Below, piece after piece: positions 48,635-60,154 of a stretch of 64,000 nt of DNA. How positions within the stretch are numbered: the stretch's first letter is position 1; each line of letters starts with the position of its first letter. The stretch lies in NCBI GenBank assembly GCA_004431415.1, contig QPMI01000623.1, forward strand, positions 62,001 through 126,000. Reading direction: 5' to 3'. Source of the stretch: Cyanophora paradoxa CCMP329 (taxonomy: Eukaryota > Plantae > Glaucophyta). The notes beneath the pieces were generated by a model. The model was not told the origin of the DNA, made no database searches, and saw only the letters and a program-made list of their open reading frames with translations. Position numbers and translations under genes: made by a program.

Positions 48635-49331
48635 TCACGATCCTCCCGCCTCCCCCAACTGCTTCCTGTACCAGCGGGAGACGCCCTGCACGGGCACACT
48701 TGATCAGCGAGCGGCGCCGACGTCGATTTGTCCCGGCCGCGGACCTGGCCGCCTTGGGGAGCGGCGGGCCGGGCAGGAAACAGGGCGGCGATGCCGAGGG
48801 CGCCGCTTGCGCCAAGGCGAGCGAGGGAGGCGTTCCAGGCCACCGCGGGGCCGCTCTCCGCGTATCCCAGCGTCGCGTAGAACGGCGCCACGTCGCTCTG
48901 GCAGCTCAGGTAGCACGCGCGCATCCCCAGGCTGCGATCCCGTCGACAAAGACCCCGCGCGCACGTGCCGGCCGCCGGGCGCACCTCGTAGCGAGCTCCT
49001 CGGCGGCGCGCATGAGCAGGCGGCCGAGGCCCGCCCTCCGCAAGGACGGGTCCACGAGCAGAGACTCGATGACGCCGACGCCGTCCGCACTGGCGTCGCG
49101 CTCGGCCTCATCGACCGGTATGGCCTTGGACAGCTTCACATGCCCCACGACGCGCGTCCGGTCTTCAGCGGGGACCAGGAGCAGCCTGCACGGCAGCTGG
49201 CTCCCAGCCGCGCGCCTCTGAGCGTCCCTGGCGCTCTCGCTCTTATGCCACTGCTCGCTGAGGAGCGCGAGCGCCGCCGGCCAGAGCTCGGGTTGCGCGT
49301 CCAAGTCGATGACCTCGTACGCGCCGCTCAT
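48635..49331 (-). CDS. NAA80: GNAT acetyltransferase, NAA80 (actin N-terminal acetyltransferase)-like
   Basis: PELWPAALALLSEQWHKSESAR..LPCRLLL..VVGHVKLS..IESLLVDPSLRRAGLGRLLM..|LGMRACYLS..FYATLGY..|WYRK. Confidence 0.72.
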
Positions 49332-49747
49332 TGCTGAAGCAAGATGAGCTGCGCGGCGGTGCGGCGGCGCCTGGCGCGGCCGCCGACGTCGACGGGCCGC
49401 TGCGAGCGCCGGCGGCGATCAGGGGGGTAGACTCGACGCAAGGCGGCCCGGCAACGTGGACGCTACGCTCATCGCTGAGCAGGAGTCAGACCCCCGACGA
49501 AATAGTGGCCGGCGCTGGCCGCAGCCAGAGCAACCGCTGCGCTCATCGCTGAGCAGGACTTCTGTCTGCAGCCCTGTATGTTTCTCGAAGTACAAAATAG
49601 TTGCCGCAGCCAAAGCTGCGCTCGTAAGCGCGTACGTGGTCACCGTATGCGTACTAGGGCGGGGCATCCAGCTCTGGCGTCTGCAGCTGCGTAGACGAGT
49701 AGTATGTTTCTCGAAGTACAGTAAGCCACGTCGACACCATCCTGCCA

Positions 49748-52700
49748 ATGGCCTCGGTTGAGGGATTTACACTAGCTCCTCGTCCGGGCGGGTCGCTTTC
49801 CCAGCGGGCCCCGAGAAGGTCCAGCATCGCAGCCGATGAAGCGTACGCAGGCTTGCTGCAGCCTCCCAGGCCGCGGCGCGCGAGCGTGTCGGTGTCGCCA
49901 GCCCGGGAGCGAGCGATGGAGAGCGCCAGCGCCTATCTCGAGCACCTGCCGGCGATCGAGCCGCGTTTGGCTCTCAAGCTTCAACGACTGTCCATCCCGA
50001 GCCATAGGGCAGTGGACGGCGTGCCGGGGGCGCCCAGCGAGAGCGTGAAGCAGAGGCGTTCGGTGCGGCTCCTCGTGGAAGACGGAGACGCCGCGCAGCC
50101 TGCCTCGGAGACGGGCGGCAGCGCCGGTGCGCACCCGCAGCCGGCGGAGGCGACGGGCTCGGGCCCTGGCCCGAGCGTCCCGGCGCTGAAGAGCCACGGT
50201 CTCCGCGACGAGGGCGAGTCGCACAAGGCGGCACATGGCGGGGCGCAGGGGGCCCACCGCTCCCCGCCGCGGGCGTCCCACCGGCACCCGCCGCGGGAGG
50301 CGGAGGCCGGGGCGACGGGGGCGCACGTCCTCTACTCGAGCCAGAGCGTGCCGGCCCTGCACCCCGACGCTCACACGTCCTCGCGGCCCCACTTCCTTCG
50401 GCCGATGGCGCCGGACGCCTCGGGGCCGTCTTCGAGCGAGGAGCTGGGGCGGCAGCCGCGGCAGCGCGCGCTCTCCACGCCCTCGCTGCACCACGCGGGG
50501 CGGCCCCCGCAGGCGGCCTCGCACGCCGGCGTGCCGGAGGGCGAGGGTGGGGCGCCGGCGCCGGCGGCGACGGAGGGCGACGTCAAGGAGGCGCTGTTCC
50601 TCGGCAAGATCCTCGTGCGCCGCGCCGCGGGGCCGGCAAGGGGAGGGAGGGGCGAGCGGGGCGGCAGGTGCGGTACGTGCTGCGGGCGGACGGGGGCCGG
50701 CTGGTGGCGCGGGACGACGTCGCCGCCGCGCTCGGCCTCCCCGCCTCCGCCGTCCCCGCCCGCCACCCCTCCGCCTCGCCCGGGGCGCGCCTCGGCCCGG
50801 GCGCCGCTGGAGGTGCCGTTCGCGGACGACGCGGGGGTCTTCGCGGCCTGCCTGGGGCGCGGGGTCCCCGCGGAGCGCGCGCAGGCCTTCACAGACTTCC
50901 TCCACGCCCTCGCCGCCCCTCCCCGCCCTCCCGCCCCGCCCGGCCTCGCCGCCCGCCCCGCCCTGGAGCCGGGCGACCCGAGCGAGCTCTGGCGCGCCTC
51001 GAACGCGGAGATCGCGAGCTGGCTCTCCCGCCGCGACTGCGAGCGTGCGTCCGGCCGCCGCCGCAGCCCCCCGCGCGCGGCGACGCGGCGCGCAGGGATC
51101 GACGAAGAGCGGACGCGCATGCAGGCGTCGCTGTCGGCAGCGTGGGAGACGGGCGTGGGGCCGGGGCCGGGGGCGGGGGCGGAGGGCAAGGTCTCCCCCA
51201 CCAGGGGCCTCCTCTACGAGGGGGTGGAGGCGGGGCGGGAGACCCCCGCGCCGCCCTCACCCGCAAGGCGCGCGCCCCGCCGGCCGGCCCGCCGCCCGGG
51301 GCCTCACGGGCGGGGCGCAGTACGAGGCGCTGCGGGCGGCGGCGCGGGCGGTGCACGACACGCGCCGCGAGGTCGCCGACGAGCCCGGCCCGCCCGACGC
51401 CCGCCGCCGCGGGTGCGCTCCTCGCTCGCTTGCCGCCCTCCGCTGCCCCACGCGACCCGAGCCGGGCGCGCAGGTCGCTCGCCGGGTCCGACTCGGAGAT
51501 GCCGCCGCCGGCGCTGCTCGCCGGCGGCTCGCCGCGGCGTGGGCCGGGGCCGCCTGGGCCGCCGGGGCGGGGCCGGCGCGGAAAGCGGGCACGGCGAGCG
51601 TGCCGGAGCTCGCGGCGCCGCGCGGGCGGGCGCTATCGGTCTCGCCGCAGCCGCGGCGGGCGGGGGCGGGGCCGGGGAGGCGGGCGGGGCGTGGCGGGCG
51701 GTGGCGATGGATGGCTGGGCGGCCGTGCAGGCGTTCATCAAGCGTCCGGCTGGCTCGCACGTGCCCATCCTCCGCTCCACCGGCACCGTCGCGGCGAGCC
51801 CCGCGACCGTCGCCTCGTTCCTGTGGAGCCGCCGGCGCGCGTGGTGCGCCCCCGCCCCGCGCGCCGGGCTCGGGGTCGCGGGGGCGAGGGGGGCGGGGCC
51901 AGGGAGGGGATGGCGCGCCACGTGGAAGTCCTCGAGATGCTCGACGAGCGCACCCGCCTCGAGAAGGCCCGCCCCACGCCCCCGCCCCGCCCCTCCCGCC
52001 CCCCACCCGACGCGCGGCGGCGGGGGCGCAGGTGACGCACGAGGCGCTGGCGGAGGGGGTGCCGCCGCGCGACTTCCTGCTCGCCACGACGTACCGCCGC
52101 TACGCCCCCGACCGCTACCTCGTCGCCTCCGCCTCCGTCCAGCACCCCGCCCACCCGCCCCGCCCCGCCGCCCCTCCCGGCCCCCTCCCCGGCCCCTCCT
52201 CCGGCCCCTCGCCAAGGCCCGCCCCCCCGCGCCCCCGCGATGCAGACAGCGGCGCCTCACCGGCGGGGCGCGCAGTCGACGAGCGAGCGGGGGCACGTCT
52301 TCTTCTCGGGGTGCGCCGCCTCCCGCCCCCGCCCCCGCGGCGCCCCGCCTTCTCAGCCCTCCCCCGCAGCTTCTACGTGCGCCCCGGGCCCCCGGGGGCG
52401 GCTGTCGGCCCGACGGGCGAGGCGGCCCAGGTGCGGCGCCGTTTCCGCCTCCCCTGCGACCCCAGCGGGCGATCCCCGCCGGCGCGGCGCCGCAGATCGT
52501 GCACGTGGCGCAAATCGAGTACGGGTCGCTGCTGCCCTCCTTCCTGCAGCGCTTCTGCTGGCAGAACGAGCTCCTCAACGGCGCGCCGGCCCCTCCCGCG
52601 GGGCGCCGGGGGGCGGGGCGGGCGGGGGCGACGGGGGCGGCAGTGGCGACGCTGCGGGGGGCGCTGCTGGGGAGCTCTCGACGGCCGGCTCGGGCTTCAC

Positions 52701-53135
52701 GGCGCTGGCGGGGGCGCAGCTCGACGAGGCGCCGCGCCCCGCCGGCGCCGCCTGGCGCACCGCCTCCCTCGCCCTCACCGCCATCGCCGTCCGCCCCGCC
52801 CTCTGCCCCCTCGCAACCCCCTCACCGCAGCGCAGGCGGCGCGCGGGGCGGGGCGGGCGGGGCGGAGGGCGGGGCCGGGGGCGCGGGGAGCGCCTCGGAG
52901 GAGGAGGAGGCGGAGGAGCGGGTGCAGGCGGCCGAGGAGGCCGAGCGCCGCCGCATCGCCGCCGCCGAGCGCGCCGCCCGCACCCTCCCCAACCTCCAGT
53001 GCCCGCCCCGCGCCCCCGCATCCCCGCCCCGCGCCCCCGCCGAGGCCGCCGCCGCGCAGGCAGTGGACGGAGCTCGAGGAGAAGCGGGCGAGGCGCGAGG
53101 GGCAGCTACCGAAGGCCGACGCCCGGCCCCCCTGA
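49748..53135 (+). CDS. START/SRPBCC lipid-binding domain protein with a long disordered N-terminus
   Basis: ILRSTGTVAASPATVASFLWSRRRAW|..VEVLEMLDERTRLE|..VPPRDFLLAT..YLVASASVQHP..|IVHVAQIEYGSLLP. Confidence 0.7.
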
Positions 53136-53492
53136 CCATGATCCCGGCCCCCTCTTCGTACCCACCTTTCGTCCTGTCTTGTCCATGCCCCAATTTCGTC
53201 CCCACGCTTCAGTCTTAGGCCCCTGAGGCTTGGAGTCTGCTCTTTGCTGCACTGCGGCATGAAGCCACACAGCTTTAAAAATTTCGTTACTGCAACAGTA
53301 CAGGCGCCAATTGCAAACATCTCTGAATTTCAAGTTTACACATGTACATGTACATCATGGCATTGGTCGAGGCTCAGCGGCTTGCAAGGTTTGGTTGGAG
53401 TCGGTTTTGGCCCACTGGGCCAGTGGGGTCCCTGTCACTGATCATGAGAGTAGCTAAAGGTACCGTTGCACTGGTTGAGCAGTGGCTTACAG

Positions 53493-56400
53493 CTACGTCC
53501 GCACGCTTCGAGGCTCAAGTGGGGCGGCCTTGCCAAGATGCACTAGGCGAGGATAACGAGGGCGGCGGCGAGGGCGAGGGCGAGGGCGAGGAGGCCCGCC
53601 CGGGCGCGGGCCGCCGCGGGGGGCGCGCCCCCGCTCGCGGGCCCCGGGGACGGGCCGGAGGCGGCGGTGGCGGCGCCGCCCTCGGGCCCGCAAGGATGGC
53701 GCCGGGGCGCCGAGCGGGGTGGCGGCGGCTCCGGGGCCGGGGGCGGGGGCGCTGGGGGCGAGGGTGCCGTCGGCGGTGACGAGGAGGAGGGCGTAGGGCC
53801 CGGCGAGGCGGAGGGGCACGCGGATGCGGGGCGGGGCGGGGCCCGGGAGGGCCTCGTGGGGCACCTCGCGCGGCTCGGGGGCCTCGAATGTCGCCACCCG
53901 CACGGAGCGCAGGGCGCCCCACAGCCGCACCACCACCACCGCCTCCGCCGCCGCCACCGTCCAGTCTGGCCCCGCCCGGGCCCTCAGGGGATGCGGTGGC
54001 GCAGGGAGCAGGGGACGCGGTGGCGCACTGGCGGAGGCGGCGGGGTCGAGGGCGGAAGGCCTTCCGACATAGTTCGTTACGTGGACGGCGAGGGTGCGGG
54101 GGTCGTCGGCGGCGGCCGCCGCCTCGAGGTGCAGGCGCCGGTCCAGCCCCGCCTCCAGCGCCGCCCACGGCGTCCCCGACTCCCGCAGCGCCGGGCCCGC
54201 CAGCGCCTCGAACCCTGCGCCCGTCACCGCTCGGCGCCACTGCGGGCGGGGCGGGGGCGGGCGGGGCGGGCCCGGGGTGGCGGGGCGGCCGTCGCGCATG
54301 TAGGCGGCGCCCGGGGCGTCGCGCAGGTAGAAGAGCGCCCCGCCCCCTGCGCCCCTCAGCGCCGCCGGGCGGGGCGCTGGCGGGCGCTGGGGGGCCGACC
54401 TTGGCCTTGGAGCGGAGGGCGGCGGCCGGCGGGGCGGCGGCGGCGCTGCTGAAGCCGAGGACGTCTGCCAGCGCGAGCTCCGTCCGGTTCGCCCCGTACT
54501 CTGCTCCGCCGGGGGCCGCCTCGAACACGCCCGGCGGGCAGGCGCGGCGGGGCGGGGGGCAGGGGGCGGGGCGGGGCACGGTCGAGGGCGGTGGGGCGGG
54601 GCCCCGTGAGGACGGCGGTGCCGCCGGCGGCGACGAAGGCGCGGATGGCCGCCGCCTCCGCGTCCGAGAGGGCCTCCAGCCCCGGGAAGTAGACCGTCTG
54701 CGGGCCCCGCGCCCCGCCTCGAATCCCCGGAGCGGGCTCGCGGGGGGGCGGGTGGGGCGGGCCTTGTAGCGGAAGAGGTCGGCGGCGGTGGCGGCGGGGC
54801 TCGCAAGGACGTCGAAGGGGACTGTTTTCTTGTAACGCCCCAGTACAAGGCGTGGGGCGTTACAAGAAAACAGAATACTCACCCCCGGCGTGCAGCAGCG
54901 CCCGCACCGTCCCCCGGTACTCCGACAGGTACGGCCGCGCGTAGCACGACCTGCGTTGTTCTCGGTGGGCCGGCGGCCCCGGGGGCGCGGGCGGGGCGGA
55001 GGGCACCAGAAGGGGGCCCACGCCCACCACACGGAGCCGACGTCGCAGCCGGCCGGCGGCGCCGTCGTGCAGAACTGCGGCCGCCGGCGGGTGAAACTGG
55101 GGCGGGCTCGGAGGGCGGGGGGCTGGCTCCAGGCTCCCACCTGCCCCGTGCCGGGCGCCGAGCTGGGCGGGGGTCAGGGGGCGGTGTGAGGAGGGGCGGG
55201 GGCAGCGGGCGCGCCGGTCGACGAAGTCTCTGGAGGGGGAGGAGAAGTAGACGGCGACGCCGGCGAGAGAGCGGCGGGGGAAGATGGCGGCCCCGTGCCG
55301 CGCCAGGAACCCGTACACCCGCCGCCGGTACTCCCGCCCCACGCTCTCCGTCTGCGCCCCCGCCCCGCCCCCTCGCCGTCCCCCCGCGAGCTCGAACGGC
55401 CGGGGGCGGAGGAGGGAGCGCGCGGGCCTTGCCGGGGATCTTGGTCTCGTAGGGGGCGTTCCCCGCGGCGATGCACTCGGCGAGTACCGCCTCCGCGTCC
55501 GACGCCTCCGACCCGTACGAGAAGGCCCACGACGGCTTCGACGGCCCCACCGCCCCCCGCCCGTACCTGCCCCCTCCCTCAGACGCCCGCGCGCGGCGTG
55601 CAGTCGGGGGGCGGGGCCGGGGCGCGCTTGAAGAGGGCGATGAGGGCCTGCCAGTCCTCCTCCCGCGCGCACCGCATCCCGTTCGCGTTGGAGAGCTTGT
55701 CGACCTGCCCCCGCCGCGGCTGGCGCCGGGCGGCTGGGGCGGGGCGCGGGGCGCGGGGACCTCCCAGACGACGGAGACGTTCTCCTCGGCGGTGAAGTAG
55801 CCCCCATCGAGGCCTAGCCGTGAAATAATGGTTCACGTGCAGCATCAGCTGCCTCACTGAGTAAACATCGATCATCTAAAACGCTTGAATCACCTGCTAA
55901 AGTCCCGTCCGCCCAGTCCACTGCGCCCCGCCCCGCCATGAGCCCCCGCCCCGCCCGCCCAGCCCCCGCCGGCCCGGCGCGCAGAGCACGCACGCGTGTA
56001 CACCTGCGAGGGCGGGGGCGTGAGGGGGAGGCGAGGGGCGGGGCGGGGCGCGGGGGCGCCTGGGCGAGGACGAGGGTGTCGGGCCGCTGCGCCCGCGCCT
56101 CCCGCGCCATCTCCGCCACGAACCGCCCCAGCGCCTCGTGCCTGCCACCCCGCCCTCGCCCCCGCCCGCTCCCCCGGCGCAGGGCGGGGCGGGCGGGGCG
56201 GGCGGGCCGCCAGACGATCCAGCGGCGGAAGACGGGGTCGCTCCAGTCGATCGCCCGCGGCAGCTGCAGGCCCGTCTCCCGCGCGAACGCCACTGCCCCT
56301 GCGCCCCGCCACGCTCTCCCCACGCCGCCGGGGCCCCGCGCGCGGCGGCGGCTCGCCAGGGAACGAGGTGTCGCTGAACTGGCGCACTGGGGGAGGTGAG

Positions 56401-57605
56401 CGGGGGGCGGGGGCCGGGGCGGCGGGGGCGCGGGCAACTGGAGTTGAAGTAGATGGGGACGTCCATCCAGAGGCCGTCGGCGCCGGCCTCCACGATCTTC
56501 CGCACGCGCCCCGCGAAGTACTCCCGCCACCCGCCTGCCCCGCCTCAGCACCCGCGCACGCCCCGCCGCGCCCGCGCCTGCACGGCCCCGCCCGCGCACT
56601 GTTCGGTGACATCCACGCCTGCGCGCGGCCGGGCGGGGGCGTCAGAGCGGCCGGGGGACCCGCGGAGGGGCGCCTCACCCCCTCCTGGTGCCCTTGCACC
56701 CACCAGGCACCCGGGTCGCCTGCGGCCGTCGGCCCGGGGCTCGGCGGCGGGACAAAAGGGGGGAGGGCGGGGCGGGGGCGGGGCTCGGGCGGGCCTGGGC
56801 GGATGATGTTGGAGAGGTTGGCCTGCGGCGTGCACTTCCACGTCGAGCCGCCCCCCGCCAGCGCCATCTGCCCCCGTCACGCCCCCGACCCCACCACCGC
56901 TCCCCGCGCCCCGCGCACCTCACTGCACTCGTCGTAGTACGACCACCCGCGCTGCAGCTGCGGCCCCGCACGCGTCGGCCGCGGCCACCCTCGTACACGC
57001 GCGCCGATCGCGACCGACGGGGACGCACCCAGTCCGGATGCAGCTCGGACATCGGGGTCCGGCCCCATTTCGTCACCGCCTCAAGGGCGGGTATGTACCA
57101 CACGGTCTTCAAGCCCGCCGCGTGTGCCGCGTTCTGCGCGCCCGATGAACGGTCTCTCCCGCGCCGAAATTATAGCGCAAAGGCGCACGTTTATCCTCCG
57201 CGCTATCACCATACTCTTCTCGAACTCCGTGTCGTTGTCCTGATTCAACGCCTGCGTCGTTGGGCCCGGCCCGCGCGTGCGGCGGTTGCCGGTAAACTGC
57301 CGGCGCGCGCGCGCGCGCATGGGTCGGATTTCGTACATTATCGATCTCAATCACGTTGACGTGTTGCGAGGCCAAATCTTCAACGAGGCTCGCGAGGTAT
57401 GCATTTGCGGTGGAGTCTGAACGTGCGGCGCACGTACGTCAGCAAAGCAAACCCTCGGGAGCGGTCGCCGACACTCGGTTCATGCACCATTCCAACTCGA
57501 GAAATACTGGAGGTGACCGACCCTCGCGCCGTGAGCCCAGCCGATTGAGGCGAGAGCGCCCTGCGCGAACGAGAGCGCCAACAGAGCCACGGCAAACGCG
57601 CGCAT
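53493..57605 (-). CDS. Secreted glycoside-hydrolase-like protein (TIM-barrel; many exons)
   Basis: Signal peptide MRAFAVALLALSFAQGALA, then AAHAAGLKTVWY..ELHPDW, WMSPNS|GWREYF..AGADGLWMDVP, FARETG..LP..DWSDPVFRRWIVW|R and VAVYFS..SRD. Resembles bacterial GH42/GHL6-like proteins; the family is not certain. Confidence 0.6.
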
Positions 57606-57744
57606 TGCAAGTGGGCTCGATCCGACGCGCAGGGAGAGTAACCGCGAGGCCTGCCGCCTGCCGCTTGCAGCCTGCTGCCTGCAGCTGAGCGGGGTAGAGG
57701 TCTCTTCGTTCGCAACTGTTCAGGGCGGCGATTAAAGTTCGACG

Positions 57745-59708
57745 ATGCTCCGCCACAGCATAAAGATCTTCGCCAGGCCCTCCAGCAGCGGCCTGAACGT
57801 AGCAGTATCGGCTCGCGCGTTCGCATCGAAGGCGGCCAGCAAAGATGCCCAGAGGTTCGAGTTCACGGTGCGCCCGGCAGCGCGCGTGTGTTAGATACCT
57901 CTAGCTTCCCCGGAGACGAGGCTTGGGGACGGCTTTGAGATGCGCGCGCGCCGCCCGTGCGCGATCCGGGCTGATTTCATCGCGCCCCGACGTTTTTGCC
58001 ATTAGCCCTTCGAGAGCCACCGCTGCGAGCCCCCGCCGAACTTCGCATACTCTACCAAGGAGGAGATGATGCGGTTCCACCGGGAGATGTACGAGATGAG
58101 GCGCATGGAGCTGGTTTCGGACACCCTTTACAAGGCGAAGATGATCCGCGGCTTCTGCCACCTCTACGATGGCCAGGTTCTTCAGCTTTCTTTATCCGTG
58201 CCGCCGGCGGGCCCGAAGCGCCCGCGCGCCCGCGATCAAGCCGTGCGTTCTGGCGCCGACCCGCCCACGCCGCGCAGGAGGCCATCACATCCGGCATGGA
58301 GGCGGTGCTCACGAAGCAGGACTCCGTGATCACCTCGTACCGCGACCACTGCACTCAGGCGCGGCGCACCGTCTGGCCGGCCCTCGTCTCGCGTCGCTTC
58401 AGTTTCTGATCCGCACCGCGCCCGCACGCAGTGGGGCCGCGGCGACTCCGTCTTCAGCATCATGGCCGAGCTTATGGGCCGGTATCCTGGTGCGCGTGCC
58501 CTCCGCGTGCCTTCTTTTGTTCCTTTCGTGACCTCTTCCGCCAGGCTGCTCGAAGGGAAAGGGCGGCTCCATGCACTTGTACAAGCGCGACGCCAACTTC
58601 TTTGGCGGCAACGGCATCGTCGGCGCGCAGGGCCCGCTCGGCACCGGCCTCGCCTTCTACCACAAGTGCGCCGTGCGGGACCGCGAAGGCGCGGCTGAGC
58701 CTCTGACGCTCCGCCCCAGGTACCAGAACACTGGCGGCGTCGCCGTAACCATCTACGGTGACGGTGCCGCGAACCAGGTGCCGAGACCGCTCCTCCGCCG
58801 GCCCGCTCCCTCGCCCGCCTGACGCCGGGCGCCTCGCAGGGCCAGCTGTTCGAGGCCTTCAACATGGCGGCCCTGTGGCAGCTCCCCTGCATCTACGTCT
58901 GCGAGAACAACAAGTGCGCGCCGGCCGCCGAGGGCGTCGCCGGAGCGAGCGGTGGTCCTCTGACCGCACGCGCGCTGCAGGTACGCCATGGGCACGTCGA
59001 ACAAGCGGTCAGCGTACGCGGAGACGTACTACACGCGCGGCGACTACATCCCGGGCCTGGAGGTGCGGGGCGGCGGGGCGGGGCGGGCGGGGCGGGGGTG
59101 ACGGGGGCGGGGGGGCAGGTGGACGGAATGGACGTGCTGGCGGTCAAGGTCGCCTTCGAGTACGCCGTCGCCCACGCCAAGGCGCCCCCGCCCCGCCCCG
59201 CCCCGCCCCCCTCCCCCGCACCCGCCCCGCCTGACGGGGCGGCGGGGCAGAACAACGGCCCGATCCTGCTCGAGCTGGACACGTACCGGTACCACGGCCA
59301 CTCCATGTCCGACCCCGGCCTCTACCGCTCCAAGGACGAGGCCCGCCCCCCGCCCCCGTCCCCGCCCCCGCCCCCGCGCCTCTCCGCGCTGATCGGCGCT
59401 GCAGGTCACGGAGACGCGGCAGACGCGCGACCCGATCGAGCGCGTGAAGGCGCGCATCATCTCCAGCGGCTGGGCCACCGAGGAGGAGCTCAAGGTCCGC
59501 CCGCCTTCGCCCCGGCCCCCGCCGGCGGGCGCCAACGGCCGCGGCGCAGGCGGTGGAGAAGGAGATCCGCGGGAAGGTGGACGCCGAGATCGAGAAGGCC
59601 AAGGCTGCCCCGGAGCCGCCCGTCAGCGAGCTCACCAACGACATCTACAGCGGCAAGACCCCCCAGTTCATCCGTATGCCCGACTTCAAGGCCTCCTTCT
59701 GGGCATGA
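57745..59708 (+). CDS. PDHA1: Pyruvate dehydrogenase E1 alpha subunit, mitochondrial (12 exons)
   Basis: [11 protein letters not shown]|[31 protein letters not shown]|GQLFE..CENNK|YAMGT and [13 protein letters not shown], with a mitochondrial presequence. 8 GT-AG and 3 GC-AG introns. Confidence 0.97.
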
Positions 59709-60154
59709 GCCGTAGCTTCTTACGGCATCTGTAGCGTTCATTTCAAGGAGTAGGTCCCCTGCAGAACGGATGCATCGCAGCTTTTTCAAGCGATCCGAAT
59801 ATGATCGATATCGAATGCAATTATCGTATATCGAATTGAATGCGCCGTCAGCCGCGGCCGGCGCCGCCTATGCAGCCGCTTACTAAGCCGCATGCATATG
59901 CGCATATACTAGTATGCATATGCGCATCATGGCATGCGCATGTTGATCCGGGCCTGGGTACAGCCGCTCAACGGGCCTGGTTACAGCAAACCCAGCACCT
60001 TGCATTGCCGGCGCCGTGCTCGTACGTGGTTAAGCCCATAGATCGCTCCTCGGCCCGACCAGTGCGCTCCTCGGCCCCCCTGCACGCGCGGTATCGGCGA
60101 CACCTTTGAACAAAGCCGCCGTTCACCTGTCCAAGCGGCCTGCAGCGCTTGCAC

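Noticed and set aside
55814-55892. AT-rich intron as a C/D snoRNA host
   Set aside because: Only partial box C (GATGAT) and D (CTGA) words, too short, and no terminal stem.
57868-58005. Hidden microexon or AT-AC intron in the long first PDHA1 intron
   Set aside because: A single GT-AG intron already gives an in-frame FEFT|PFESH junction, and there is no U12 consensus.
24737-59708. BCKDHB and PDHA1 as a functional 2-oxoacid dehydrogenase cluster
   Set aside because: They are subunits of different complexes, 31 kb apart, with unrelated genes between them.
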